Assembly (NCBI GenBank): GCA_964291405.2
Contig: OZ219926.1
Span: 512,001 to 576,000, forward strand
Direction of reading: 5' to 3'
Length of the DNA: 64,000 nt
From: Thermodesulfobacteriota bacterium
GTDB taxonomy: Bacteria > Desulfobacterota > Binatia > Bin18
Made by a program: the position numbers and the translations under genes. This document shows positions 40,419-50,499 of this stretch, piece after piece. The notes beneath the pieces were generated by a model. The model searched no databases. It was not told the DNA's origin and saw only the letters and a list, made by a program, of their open reading frames with translations. Positions within the stretch are counted from its first letter, which is position 1, and every line of letters starts with the position of its first letter.

Positions 40419-41804
40419 ATGTCGCTTGTCACCTCACTTGACATGACCTCTTCACCGCACACCTCGCGTCGTGTTGCCATCACCACCCTAGGTTGCAAAG
40501 TGAATCAGTATGACACGGCTACGCTGCAAGAGCGTCTCTCTGCAGCAGGCCACCAGTGTATCCCGTTTAGCGATGCGGCCGAAGTCTACATCATCAATAG
40601 CTGCACAGTCACCAATCAGGCAGACGCTGAGAGTCGCCAGTTGGTACGCCGGGCGAAGCGGCGCAACCCGGATGCCCTGGTTATTATGACCGGTTGTTAT
40701 GCTCAGGTGAGTCCCGAGGCCGTGGCTCACATACCCGAAGTGGACTATGTTGTTGGTCTCAATCGGCCCGATGATCTGGTGCGCCTGGTTGCTCAGGGAG
40801 CCCCAGCCACTCAGCCACCAGACCAGAATATTTTTGTCAGCAAGCTGCGGACCGCCAAGCATGAAGCCACACCAGGTATCAATACATTTGGGGCAGCGAC
40901 CTTTCAGGGCCAGACTCGGGCGTTTCTCAAAATTCAGGAAGGCTGCGACCTCTTCTGTACGTTTTGTATTGTGCCCATGTCACGCGGGAAAAGTCGCAGT
41001 ATTGCACCGCGTGTCATCCTGGAGCAGCTCGACCGCCTGGCCGACCAAGGCTTTCAGGAAGTAGTTCTGACCGGTATTCATCTGGGCGGCTATGGCGCAG
41101 ACCTCAATCCCCATGTCAGTCTAATCTGGTTGCTCGAAGCCCTGGAGGAACGGCGACCGGTTCCGCGAGTGCGTCTGAGTTCGCTCGACCCGCATGAAAT
41201 CAGCCCAGCCCTCATACAGCTCCTCACTCACTCCGAGATCCTGTGCCCCCATTTGCATATCCCTCTCCAATGGGGGGAGGATTCCATCTTGGCTCGGATG
41301 CGAAGGCGATACGACACTGCTCTCGCCAGAGACATTCTGACCGAACTGCGGGAGCGTTTACCAGACGCGGCCTTGGGGACGGACCTCATTGTCGGCTTTC
41401 CCGGTGAGGGCGAGGCGGAATTTGCCCAGGGAATAAGATTTTTGGAGGAAAGCCCCTTCACGTATTTTCACGTCTTTCCCTATTCAGTCCGGAGCGGGAC
41501 AACCGCGGCAAAGTTCACAGACCGAGTCCCCCCATCCGTTATCCAGGAGAGAGCAAGACAGGTTCGTGCACTCGGCGAACGCAAGAAGGCGGCCTTCATC
41601 CGTCAGTTTGAGTCTGAGACTTTACCGGTTCTTTTTGAGCATCAGCGGGACAGAGCCAGCGGACGACTCAAGGGCTATAGCCGCAACTATATCAGAGTCT
41701 ATGCGGACGGCAGTGATGACTACATGAACCGGGAAGTTCCGGTGAGAATGGCGCGGGCCGATGAGGGGTTACTGTCCGGTACTATTCTTCAGGACGCCGC
41801 ATGA
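40419..41804 (+). CDS. mtaB: tRNA t6A37 methylthiotransferase MtaB
   Basis: TLGCKVNQYD, INSCTVT, TGCYAQ, KIQEGCDLFCTFC, VLTGIHLG, HVFPYS. Confidence 0.93.
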   Translation: MSLVTSLDMTSSPHTSRRVAITTLGCKVNQYDTATLQERLSAAGHQCIPFSDAAEVYIINSCTVTNQADAESRQLVRRAKRRNPDALVIMTGCYAQVSPEAVAHIPEVDYVVGLNRPDDLVRLVAQGAPATQPPDQNIFVSKLRTAKHEATPGINTFGAATFQGQTRAFLKIQEGCDLFCTFCIVPMSRGKSRSIAPRVILEQLDRLADQGFQEVVLTGIHLGGYGADLNPHVSLIWLLEALEERRPVPRVRLSSLDPHEISPALIQLLTHSEILCPHLHIPLQWGEDSILARMRRRYDTALARDILTELRERLPDAALGTDLIVGFPGEGEAEFAQGIRFLEESPFTYFHVFPYSVRSGTTAAKFTDRVPPSVIQERARQVRALGERKKAAFIRQFESETLPVLFEHQRDRASGRLKGYSRNYIRVYADGSDDYMNREVPVRMARADEGLLSGTILQDAA

Positions 41805-41830
41805 AGAGTTGTGCTCGCGCTTTAAGACCT

Positions 41831-42544
41831 ATGTCTGATTCGACTGACATCACTGCTCTTCAGTCCATCCTCGGGTATACATTTACCAACCCAGCTCTCC
41901 TCCAACTCGCCTTAACGCACCGGTCTGCCCAACTTGAGGAGGGCGAAGAGCAAAACGAAAAACTGGAATTCTTAGGCGATGCCGTTTTAGGGCTCGTGAT
42001 GAGCGACCTCCTTTTCCGTCAGTTCCCTCAATACCGTGAAGGAGACTTATCAAAGATGCGCGCCTCGCTGGTCAACGCGGAAGTGCTCGCAGTCAAAGCC
42101 CAGACCCTCTCTCTCGGAGACTGGCTGCGTATGGGACGGGGCGAGGAGCGTAGCGGCGGCCGAGGCAAACCCTCTATCCTGGCCGCTGCGTACGAGGCCA
42201 TACTGGGTGCCATCTACCTCGATGGCGGCTTCCTTCCCGTCACCCTGCTCGTAGCCAAGCATTTTGCCGAAGACCTGCAAGAGACAGAGCGGATGGCCGC
42301 GTTTGATAGCAAAACCCGTTTACAGGAAATCACTCAAAAAATATTTAAACAAACCCCGTCCTACGAGGTTATCAAGGTGAACGGGCCTGACCACGAAAAG
42401 CGGTTTGTCAGCCAAGTATCCATAGCCGGGGAAATATACGGCCGGGGCGAGGGACGCAGCAAAAAACGCGCGCATCAGGCAGCAGCGTCCCAGACTCTCG
42501 AACTGCTCAAGCAGAAGAATCTCACGTCGCTGAAAGACGTATAA
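41831..42544 (+). CDS. rnc: ribonuclease III
   Basis: ALTHRS, NEKLEFLGDAVL, EAILGAIYLDGG, C-terminal dsRBD (KTRLQE...GPDH). Confidence 0.95.
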   Translation: MSDSTDITALQSILGYTFTNPALLQLALTHRSAQLEEGEEQNEKLEFLGDAVLGLVMSDLLFRQFPQYREGDLSKMRASLVNAEVLAVKAQTLSLGDWLRMGRGEERSGGRGKPSILAAAYEAILGAIYLDGGFLPVTLLVAKHFAEDLQETERMAAFDSKTRLQEITQKIFKQTPSYEVIKVNGPDHEKRFVSQVSIAGEIYGRGEGRSKKRAHQAAASQTLELLKQKNLTSLKDV

Positions 42545-42552
42545 ATCGGGGC

Positions 42553-43635
42553 ATGATCTATTCCTTTCTGCGCCCGCTGTTTTTCGCCCTCGACCCTGAA
42601 CATGCCCACCACCTGTCACTCAATGCGCTGAAACTGCTCCAGGCGTCTCAGCGAAGACCAACGCCAGTATTCAGCCATCCACGGCTCGCCCAAGACCTCT
42701 GGGGCCTCCACTTTCCCAATCCCGTCGGTCTGGCAGCCGGCTACGACAAAAATGCGGCGGTTCCCCTGGTCTGGTCTACCCTGGGATTCGGGTTTGCCGA
42801 ATTGGGTACAATCACAGCCAAAGCTCAGCCTGGTAATCCAAAGCCACGTATTTTTCGTCTTGCTCAAGACAGGGCGCTCATTAACCGCTTGGGTTTTAAC
42901 AACGATGGCGCGCGCGCTATCGCCCAGCGCCTGCCGTCCCTTTTGTCTCCTCACAGTTCTCGGCCTATTCCTTTGGGCTTCAACATCGGCAAATCAAAAA
43001 TTACCTCCCTCAGCGATGCCGTGGCAGACTATCTCGAAAGTTGCGAAAAACTCCTCCCTTTTACAGACTATCTGGTTGTGAACGTCAGCTCTCCCAACAC
43101 GCCAGAACTCCGTAAACTGCAAGAGGCCGAACGATTGGGCCGATTACTCGAAGCCCTCCTTGCCTCTATGCAACAGTTCGCCGAGACGGCGCACGCTTCC
43201 CCTAAACCCCTCTTGGTCAAAATCGCCCCGGACCTCGACGCGGCCGCCATTGGAGAAATCGCCCAGCTTGCTCTGTCTGTCGGTGTCTCCGGCTTGATTG
43301 CGACAAATACCACCGTTGAACGGTCCGGACTCCGCGCAGGATCACATGAAACAGGCGGTCTGAGTGGCCACCCCCTTGCAGCACGCGCTCGCACAGTGCT
43401 ACGCACTGCCTACCGCGCGGTTGAAGGCAGGCTGCCCATCATTGGTGTGGGCGGGATATTCTCGGCAGAGGAGGCGTACGAACGCATACGTGCCGGGGCA
43501 TCATTGGTCCAGATTTATACCGGGCTGATTTATGAAGGCCCTTTTCTCGCCCAGCGGATTGTGCGGGGGCTGATACGAATTATAGAGAGAGAAGGATTGC
43601 CCCACCTCCGAGACGCAGTCGGCAGCGACGTCTAA
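42553..43635 (+). CDS. pyrD: quinone-dependent dihydroorotate dehydrogenase
   Basis: NPVGLAAGYDK, INRLGFNN, VNVSSPNTP, KIAPD, GGLSG. Confidence 0.95.
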   Translation: MIYSFLRPLFFALDPEHAHHLSLNALKLLQASQRRPTPVFSHPRLAQDLWGLHFPNPVGLAAGYDKNAAVPLVWSTLGFGFAELGTITAKAQPGNPKPRIFRLAQDRALINRLGFNNDGARAIAQRLPSLLSPHSSRPIPLGFNIGKSKITSLSDAVADYLESCEKLLPFTDYLVVNVSSPNTPELRKLQEAERLGRLLEALLASMQQFAETAHASPKPLLVKIAPDLDAAAIGEIAQLALSVGVSGLIATNTTVERSGLRAGSHETGGLSGHPLAARARTVLRTAYRAVEGRLPIIGVGGIFSAEEAYERIRAGASLVQIYTGLIYEGPFLAQRIVRGLIRIIEREGLPHLRDAVGSDV

Positions 43636-43713
43636 CCTATCTATGCCAGCAGAGCGGTCGAGATCCGCCTGGATTTTATCGGCCTCCATACTCTGGCACA
43701 CCAGTGCTGCGCT

Positions 43714-44877
43714 TTAGCCAACAACACACGCCTGAGCCAAATCGGAAAATAACGCCCAGCGCTCAATGCTCCGCGGCTCCTCAATAAGACCGCTGGTCAG
43801 ACCCACGAAAGTGAGGGCACGAACCGGGTCGGCCCAGGCCATGATGCTGCTGGCACCGGCATGGCCGTATGTTCGTGGCGAGGCGAGCGTACCAAAATAT
43901 GAGGGGAAGATGCCGCTCCCGCGTACCCAATACCCCAAGCCGCGATTCGCCGGGGCAACCGGCCATTGTTTTGCCACGCGTATGGGTTCGATCAGCCGGT
44001 CTTCCATATCACCGGTGTGAATCGTGGTCGCCAGCTCAACCAGGGCTGGACTGAGCAAACGGACGCCGTCAAGCTCGCCCCCGTTGAGCCACATTTGGTA
44101 GAAACGCGCCAAATCATACACAGTGGAATACGAGCCACCGCCCGGAATAGCTGCGGCCTGCACTTCAGGGGCGTTGAAGGCTTCCAGAAACGACATGGGA
44201 AACGGAACGCCACCCTCATCGAGTGCTTGGACTGGCACCCGGCGTTCTTGCATATCGGACCGGACGCCCATGTAGGAGTCGTGCATGCCTAATGGGCCGT
44301 ACAGATCCTCTTGGCACATTTGGGCAAAGCTGCGCTTACCACCGTCTACCCGGCGGGCAATCTCAGCTAAAATCCACGACCCCGTCAGCGCGTGATAGTG
44401 TACGGCTTTCCCCGGTTCAAACTCTAACGGCTGGGCACAGATGCGGGCGATCGTGGCATCCCAATCTCCCCACTTTGACATCGGCCAGTCTATAGCCATA
44501 GTCGGGAATCCAGCCGTGTGAGTCATCGCCTGAGAGACGGTGACACTCCGCTTGCCGGCAGCGGCAAACTCCGGGATATAATCCGCGACTTTATCAAACA
44601 GCTTGACCTCACCTTGGTCAACTTTCATGAGTAACATCGTAGCGGTGATGGGCTTAGTGGTCGAAAACAAACAGAAGATGTCATCCGTTTTTGCTACCCG
44701 ACCCTTGGGCGGTTCCGAGTGGCCAAGCGCTCGCGCGGCAACGATCTTGCCGTGTCGGGCAAGTAGAAACGCGCCACCAAACAACCAGCCTTCCTCGATT
44801 TTACGCTCCACTACTGAAAAAAAACGTTCGACCCTGGTCGGGTCCATACCAACTGCTTGAGGTTCAACTGTCTGCAT
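43714..44877 (-). CDS. serine hydrolase, beta-lactamase-like (family VIII esterase)
   Basis: FSTTK (SxxK), THTAG, FEPG...YH, GHAG. Confidence 0.88.
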   Translation of the reverse strand: MQTVEPQAVGMDPTRVERFFSVVERKIEEGWLFGGAFLLARHGKIVAARALGHSEPPKGRVAKTDDIFCLFSTTKPITATMLLMKVDQGEVKLFDKVADYIPEFAAAGKRSVTVSQAMTHTAGFPTMAIDWPMSKWGDWDATIARICAQPLEFEPGKAVHYHALTGSWILAEIARRVDGGKRSFAQMCQEDLYGPLGMHDSYMGVRSDMQERRVPVQALDEGGVPFPMSFLEAFNAPEVQAAAIPGGGSYSTVYDLARFYQMWLNGGELDGVRLLSPALVELATTIHTGDMEDRLIEPIRVAKQWPVAPANRGLGYWVRGSGIFPSYFGTLASPRTYGHAGASSIMAWADPVRALTFVGLTSGLIEEPRSIERWALFSDLAQACVVG

Positions 44878-44916
44878 GCTTTATCCTCCCTTTGGTAAGT
44901 GTCTGTGGCACTCCGG

Positions 44917-45738
44917 TTAAGCCTCTGGTGGCTTTATCGTCATCCCCATAATGTTATAGCCACCGTCAATATGCACGATCTCACCGGTAATTTTTTCAGC
45001 CATTGGGCTGCATAAAAAAAGCGCCACTTTACCTGCATCCGTGTTCCGAATTTCCTCGCGCAACGGTGCATATTCGCGCATATGATTCTGCATAATCTCG
45101 AAACCGGGGATACTGGTTCCGGCCTTAGTCGCAGTCGGACCGGGCGAAAGCGCATTGACTCGGATACGATGCGGCGCCAGGTCAAAGGCAAGATTCCTGA
45201 TGATATTGTCAAGCGCCGCCTTGGTAATACTCATGAGTTGGTAGCCGGGAATGACCTTTTCGCCTGCGTAATAAGTCATGGCCAAAATGCACCCGCCCCG
45301 GTCCTTCATGAGCGGGAACGCGCCCCGTGCCAGCGTAATCAGCGAATACGCGCTGACATCCATGGCCAAAGCAAAATCCGCGCGTGAGATGTTCACGAAA
45401 CGTTGCCCAAAAGACGTTGGCGGGGCATACGCAATGGAGTGAATCAGATAGTCCAGATGTCCGAACTCCTGCTCGACCTGTGAGAAAAGTCGTTCAACCT
45501 GTTCGTCCTTACTCACATCGCACTCAGCAATCAGCGGATTATTCAGTTGGTCCGGGATATCTCCCATCATACGCCGGACGGCTCTCCGCTGAATGGAGAG
45601 GGCAATCCGAGCGCCGCCGTCGTTGAGCATCTTGGCGATGGGCCAGCCTATGGAATTTTCGTCCAGCACACCCGCGACCAGGGCGGTTTTCCCAGAGAAG
45701 TCAAGCAAGCTTCCCACATTTTCATTACGATCAACCAT
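44917..45738 (-). CDS. fabI: enoyl-ACP reductase FabI
   Basis: SIGWPIA, CDV, HSIAYAP, SAYSL, YQLMSITKAAL, ITGEIVHIDGG. Confidence 0.85.
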   Translation of the reverse strand: MVDRNENVGSLLDFSGKTALVAGVLDENSIGWPIAKMLNDGGARIALSIQRRAVRRMMGDIPDQLNNPLIAECDVSKDEQVERLFSQVEQEFGHLDYLIHSIAYAPPTSFGQRFVNISRADFALAMDVSAYSLITLARGAFPLMKDRGGCILAMTYYAGEKVIPGYQLMSITKAALDNIIRNLAFDLAPHRIRVNALSPGPTATKAGTSIPGFEIMQNHMREYAPLREEIRNTDAGKVALFLCSPMAEKITGEIVHIDGGYNIMGMTIKPPEA

Positions 45739-45782
45739 TCTCCCTCCAGTTCCCCCGTGCGGCCCTTGCGCCGTGAAAGACT

Positions 45783-46226
45783 TCACACAAACTTTCTGCG
45801 GTGCGGAAAGGTCAGCGCCAACAGAATAAGAAGTATCACGGCATAGAACAGCCCAAAGCCAACGATGCGCTCGGACTCGTTATAGACCCGTGCCCATATC
45901 ACGTATGAGACCAGCATATAACCAACGCTGAACACGACCAGATGCCAGCCAAAACGCCGCATTGTCCAGAGATGATACGCGAGGCTGCCCGCAACCAGCA
46001 GTTGCAAGGCGTGCATGAGTTGGGCAGACAGGCCGAACACGCGAAAGCCCAAAATGACACTGACCGGACCTTCAGCATAGGACCGCTCAAACGGAGCAAT
46101 AATGTCCCAGACAATAAACAGGCCCGCATAGGCAGCCACCAGACACGCCGCAATAGTCACCATAAGCGGACGTGTCGGACGAGACGAATAGCGGGGCTGA
46201 GTGTGCGTCGCGGCCATCAAGCACAA
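45783..46226 (-). CDS. hypothetical membrane protein (about 4 TM)
   Basis: Hydrophobic ORF in a same-strand run between the crotonase gene and fabI. Confidence 0.65.
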   Translation of the reverse strand: MCLMAATHTQPRYSSRPTRPLMVTIAACLVAAYAGLFIVWDIIAPFERSYAEGPVSVILGFRVFGLSAQLMHALQLLVAGSLAYHLWTMRRFGWHLVVFSVGYMLVSYVIWARVYNESERIVGFGLFYAVILLILLALTFPHRRKFV

Positions 46227-46255
46227 AGACCCTCAAGGGTCTCCTTTCCCGGTGT

Positions 46256-47044
46256 TTATTGCCCGGTGAATCGGGGCTCCCTTTTCTCCACAAAAGACTG
46301 AATCGCCTCTCTATGGTCTGCCGTATGAAAACAGTGCTTTTCTATCGATAGGGAAGTATCGAGAACGAGGTTGACCGTGTCACGGAGAATTTTATTCACC
46401 GAGACCTTGGTCCCCCGAATCGCCATACGCGGGCCATTCGCCATTCGGGTCGCAAAGGCCAGGGCTTTTTCCATAAGCTGATCCGCGGGAACGACATGGT
46501 TGACAAGACCGATACGCTCGGCCTCTTCGGCTTTCACTAAGTCGCCGGTCATGAGAAACTCCTTGGCTTTAGCCGTCCCAATCAACCAGGGCCAGATAAT
46601 GGCTCCCCCGTCTCCAGCAACCACTCCGACGCGGACATGAGGGTCACCAATTTTTGCGTTATCCGCCGCATAAATGACATCGGAGAAGAGCGCCAGGGTG
46701 GCGCCCAAGCCGGTTGCCGGACCGTTGACCGCAGCGATAATCGGCTGTTCCACTTCCAGCATGTCGATAATGATCTTGCGCGCCTCGATGAAGAGCGCGT
46801 CCAACTGCGCGGACGTCATATCCTGGAACCACTTGATATCACCACCCGCACAGAACGCGCGGCCTTTGCCCGTCAGTACCACAGCCTCCGTCTCAGTATC
46901 CTGAGCGATATCGGCAAAGATCTGGGACAGTTCGGTATGCAACTGGGCGTTAATGGCATTCAGGGCTTGCGGACGGTTGAATGAGACCGTCAACACCTTC
47001 CCTGCGCGTTCTGCGTGGAGACATTCGTAACGGCTATAGTCCAT
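46256..47044 (-). CDS. enoyl-CoA hydratase/isomerase family protein
   Basis: NRPQALNA, AFCAGGD, AAVNGPATGLG; DPH...GDGG variant lacking the usual catalytic Glu residues. Confidence 0.92.
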   Translation of the reverse strand: MDYSRYECLHAERAGKVLTVSFNRPQALNAINAQLHTELSQIFADIAQDTETEAVVLTGKGRAFCAGGDIKWFQDMTSAQLDALFIEARKIIIDMLEVEQPIIAAVNGPATGLGATLALFSDVIYAADNAKIGDPHVRVGVVAGDGGAIIWPWLIGTAKAKEFLMTGDLVKAEEAERIGLVNHVVPADQLMEKALAFATRMANGPRMAIRGTKVSVNKILRDTVNLVLDTSLSIEKHCFHTADHREAIQSFVEKREPRFTGQ

Positions 47045-47137
47045 TGGCTCTCCCTCCTTTTCTTCTTAACCAAGGCAGCCTATCATCAGGGCGGCTTATT
47101 ATCGGTCAGGCAGCATCAACGATCAAGGGAAGGTGTT

Positions 47138-48106
47138 ATGCGGATTTACTTTTGCCGACAGGGTTTGACTTATGTGTGCCGTATCCTTCGACAGGAATTG
47201 CCTGAGGATGACGTTCTTGATTGCCCACCCGATGCTGTTCCGGAAGCAGCCCGGCACGCGGATGTCTTGATCCCAACAGTCTCACCTATCGGCAGCGATG
47301 CGCTACAGTCGCCTCGGCTGCAGCTCGTTCAGCAGTACGGCGCGGGTTTGGACTCGGTCGATATTCCGGCGGCTACCGCTGCGGGTATCTACGTGGCGAA
47401 TGTGCCAACGGCCGGAACTGGCAATGCCGAGTCCGTTGCCGAGCTTGCCCTGTTTTTCATGCTCGGTCTGGCCAGAAAATACCGGCAGACTCAAGAGAGT
47501 ATCCAAAACAGAGTCCTGGGATCACCGATGGGGCAAGCCCTCAAGGGTAAAACAGTCGCCATTATTGGCTATGGCGGCATTGGGCGGGCCCTTGCCTGGC
47601 GTTTGACCAGCTTTGAAATGCACATCCTGGCCGTTTCCCGCCGGGGACCAACGGCAGACAAGTCTGATGACGGTCCGTCCATCGTCCAGCACGTTGCGCA
47701 GGACGAATTTCATGCCGTCCTACGAGAAGCCGATTTTGCAATTACCGCCCCGCCTCTGAATGACGAAACGCGCGGCCTCATGGGCCAAGCCGAGTTCGCC
47801 TGCCTGAAGCCGGAAGCCTTTGTGATCAACGTCGCCCGTGGGCCGGTATTAGACTACACGGCCCTGCTGGCCGCCCTAAAGGAGGGCCGTATTGCCGGCG
47901 CGGGTCTGGACGTGTTCTGGTCCGAGCCCTTTGATCCGAACGACGAAATTTTCCAGTACAACGTCCTGGCGACCCCGCATATAGGCGGCGCAACCGATGT
48001 CAGCCTCCAAGGCATAGCCAAGCGGGTGGCTGAGAATGTAAACCGGCTACGCAGGGGCGAAATGCCTCTGAACTGCGTCAACGCAGAGGTGAAGCCGAAG
48101 GGGTAA
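47138..48106 (+). CDS. D-2-hydroxyacid dehydrogenase family protein
   Basis: GAGLDSVD, GYGGIG, INVARG, GLDVFWSEP, TPHIGG. Confidence 0.9.
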   Translation: MRIYFCRQGLTYVCRILRQELPEDDVLDCPPDAVPEAARHADVLIPTVSPIGSDALQSPRLQLVQQYGAGLDSVDIPAATAAGIYVANVPTAGTGNAESVAELALFFMLGLARKYRQTQESIQNRVLGSPMGQALKGKTVAIIGYGGIGRALAWRLTSFEMHILAVSRRGPTADKSDDGPSIVQHVAQDEFHAVLREADFAITAPPLNDETRGLMGQAEFACLKPEAFVINVARGPVLDYTALLAALKEGRIAGAGLDVFWSEPFDPNDEIFQYNVLATPHIGGATDVSLQGIAKRVAENVNRLRRGEMPLNCVNAEVKPKG

Positions 48107-48205
48107 TTTTCAAAATATTCCCGGTATCCAGGTATGCAGAGATCAAAGAGAACGCCTTTCCACCTCGAAGTTGCCGCATAGATTTCTGTTTCCAAACCCA
48201 GCAAT

Positions 48206-48237
48206 AAAAAAGGCAGAGAGTTTTCTCCTCTCCGCCT
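48206..48237 (-). terminator. intrinsic terminator of citrate synthase
   Basis: On the minus strand AGGCGGAGAG-GAGAAAA-CTCTCTGCCT-TTTTT. Confidence 0.7.
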
Positions 48238-48260
48238 CGTATCGGGTTGCGAAATAAATG

Positions 48261-49394
48261 CTACGGTCGTTGTTCTGACGAGATATACGGGGATTGGTGA
48301 CTCCCGGTGTATACCTGTGTCGGTCGAAAGATACGGTTGTTCTTGAGCTGCTCGTGCCAGTGGGCCAGCCAGCCAGCCACCCGGGCAATGGCAAAGATCG
48401 GTGTGAACTGATCGATGGGAATGTCCAGCTTGTCATAGACTACGCCGGAGTAAAAATCGACGTTCGAGGCAATCCCTTTTGCTCCGACCCGCTCGCTGAT
48501 GATCTTCTCAACCTCTTGGGCGACCTTGTACAGCGGATGCTCACCCTTGGCTTCAAACAGCTTGAGGGCCAGACCTTGCAGAGCGTTCGCTCGTGGGTCC
48601 TTGACCTTGTATACCCGGTGACCCATGCCCATGATTTTTTGTTTGGCTGCCAGACGCGCTTCGATAAACGGCTTGGCATTGTCCACTGTTCCGATCTCCT
48701 GGAACATCTTGAGCGCTTGCTCATTAGCTCCGCCGTGGAGGGGACCGGTCAGGGCGCCAATAGCCGACGACACCATGGTATACGGGTCGGCCTCGGTAGA
48801 CCCGACGACCAAGCCGCTGAACGTCGAGGCATTCATCGTATGCTCAGCGTGTAGAATCAGGCATACGTCCATAATCCGCGCATCAAGCGGGTCGGGCTCC
48901 TCCTCGTTTAGCATCCACAGAAAATTCGCCGCATGAGACAGATCGTCCCGTGGCCGAACTGGTTCGTCGCCGTGGCGCATGCGCTCAAAGGCCGCCACAA
49001 TGGTCGGCATCTTGGCAATGAGGCGAATGGTCGACCAGTAGCGCTGCGTTTCATCTCGGATATCCCGGGCTGGATAAAACATACCCATGGCGGCCACCGC
49101 GGCCTGGAGCATGTCCATGGGATGACCATTTTCCGGCATGCATTTCATCATATCGAGAATGCGATACTTGACCCGCCGGTGGGTACGCAGATCTTGATCA
49201 AAGTTCTTGAGTTCGTCACGAGTGGGCAGTTTCCCAAACAGGAGCAGATACGCTACTTCCTCATAGGTACTCTTCTCAGCCAGCTCCTCAATTGAGATGC
49301 CACGGTATTCCAGGATGCCCTCTAGGCCATTAATGAAGCCGATTTCCGACTCCATAATGGGCACCCCTTCTAGTCCGGGTACCAGTTTTTCCAT
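48261..49394 (-). CDS. gltA: citrate synthase (short, ~377 aa type)
   Basis: PGLEGV, HAEHTMNASTF, GPLHGGAN, GMGHRVYKVKDPR, NVDFYSG, IFRP; 2-methylcitrate synthase activity cannot be excluded. Confidence 0.88.
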   Translation of the reverse strand: MEKLVPGLEGVPIMESEIGFINGLEGILEYRGISIEELAEKSTYEEVAYLLLFGKLPTRDELKNFDQDLRTHRRVKYRILDMMKCMPENGHPMDMLQAAVAAMGMFYPARDIRDETQRYWSTIRLIAKMPTIVAAFERMRHGDEPVRPRDDLSHAANFLWMLNEEEPDPLDARIMDVCLILHAEHTMNASTFSGLVVGSTEADPYTMVSSAIGALTGPLHGGANEQALKMFQEIGTVDNAKPFIEARLAAKQKIMGMGHRVYKVKDPRANALQGLALKLFEAKGEHPLYKVAQEVEKIISERVGAKGIASNVDFYSGVVYDKLDIPIDQFTPIFAIARVAGWLAHWHEQLKNNRIFRPTQVYTGSHQSPYISSEQRP

Positions 49395-49449
49395 ATATCA
49401 ACCTTTCTACGCGTTCACCAATCTTCCGCATGTAAGCCAGGATATGACC

Positions 49450-49821
49450 TTAGCCCATCTGTTTGTTAAACGATTCGAGATCAAAGTAATCGCGCCAGGC
49501 AGAGATCTTACCATCCGTAATTTCAAATATGCCCGCCACGGGTAAGGAGATCGTCTTTGGTCCCATGACAAAGATATCAACCCGCTCGTTCATCACCACG
49601 TTTCCCGATGAGGTGGTATATTTGATCTCGAACTGCGCGCTTTGCGCATTCTTTAAGAACGGCTCGGCAAAGGCGCGGATTGCGGCGTGGCCGACACAGG
49701 GCTCCATGGGGATATTGTGATAGAAGCAATCTTCGCTCAGATAGCCCAACAGTTCATCCACGTTCAGGTTTGACCAGGCGTTACAGAAATCCGTAACTAA
49801 TTTTTCGTTTTCTGCACTCAT
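49450..49821 (-). CDS. limonene-1,2-epoxide hydrolase family (SnoaL-like) protein
   Basis: YHNIPM, VMNERVD, WRDYFD motifs. Confidence 0.88.
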   Translation of the reverse strand: MSAENEKLVTDFCNAWSNLNVDELLGYLSEDCFYHNIPMEPCVGHAAIRAFAEPFLKNAQSAQFEIKYTTSSGNVVMNERVDIFVMGPKTISLPVAGIFEITDGKISAWRDYFDLESFNKQMG

Positions 49822-49971
49822 AACAAGATCCTCCTTCGATATTGGTTGGACGCTGGGACCCCAGCTGCCCTGTTATTCCTATCGGAAATGGGCCATGCAT
49901 AGCAAGCCTCTATCTGATTCGGTCTTTCAGGTTCTGTTGACGCCCGAGCAAGCCTTGTTTACCCTGCACGG

Positions 49972-50499
49972 ATGGCTGACTTTTATCACCCTTTTGCTCC
50001 AACAGCAGACACACTTCGTGCCCGCCGGCCTGAAGTCAGCGAGATCCTCCCCAACCTCTTTGTTGGAGAATACCCGAGCGTTGAAGACATTTCGTGGCTC
50101 AGACAAACCTTCGGAATATCTGCTGTTTTAAGCCTCCAGGATGCCGAGGATCTCACCCTGAAGGAATTAGATATCACCGCCCTTCATAGCGCCTATCGTA
50201 CCAATCAGATGACATTCCTCCGAACGCCTGTGGCTGATTATAATTGTGACAGCTTGGCTGAAGCTCTGCCTCAGGCCCTTGAGTTACTCCAGACCAACCT
50301 CCAGAGTGGCAACCGGGTATTCCTCCACTGTAATGCCGGCTGCAATCGTGCCCCAACAGTTGCGATTGCCTATCTGCATGCTTATCACGCCATGTCACTC
50401 GAGGAAGCACGCGACTTTTTTAAGGCGCGTCGTCCCTGCGGCCCATATATGAACGTGCTGTATCGGTATTTTGGCCAAGAGACGGGGTACGAAAGCTAA
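49972..50499 (+). CDS. dual-specificity phosphatase (laforin/LSF2-like)
   Basis: HCNAGCNRAP (CX5R); ILPNLFVG; AVLSLQ; RPCGP. Confidence 0.85.
   Translation: MADFYHPFAPTADTLRARRPEVSEILPNLFVGEYPSVEDISWLRQTFGISAVLSLQDAEDLTLKELDITALHSAYRTNQMTFLRTPVADYNCDSLAEALPQALELLQTNLQSGNRVFLHCNAGCNRAPTVAIAYLHAYHAMSLEEARDFFKARRPCGPYMNVLYRYFGQETGYES

Noticed and set aside
43714-44877. Beta-lactamase resistance gene
   Set aside because: No signal peptide and no YxN/KTG motifs; it fits a cytoplasmic family VIII esterase
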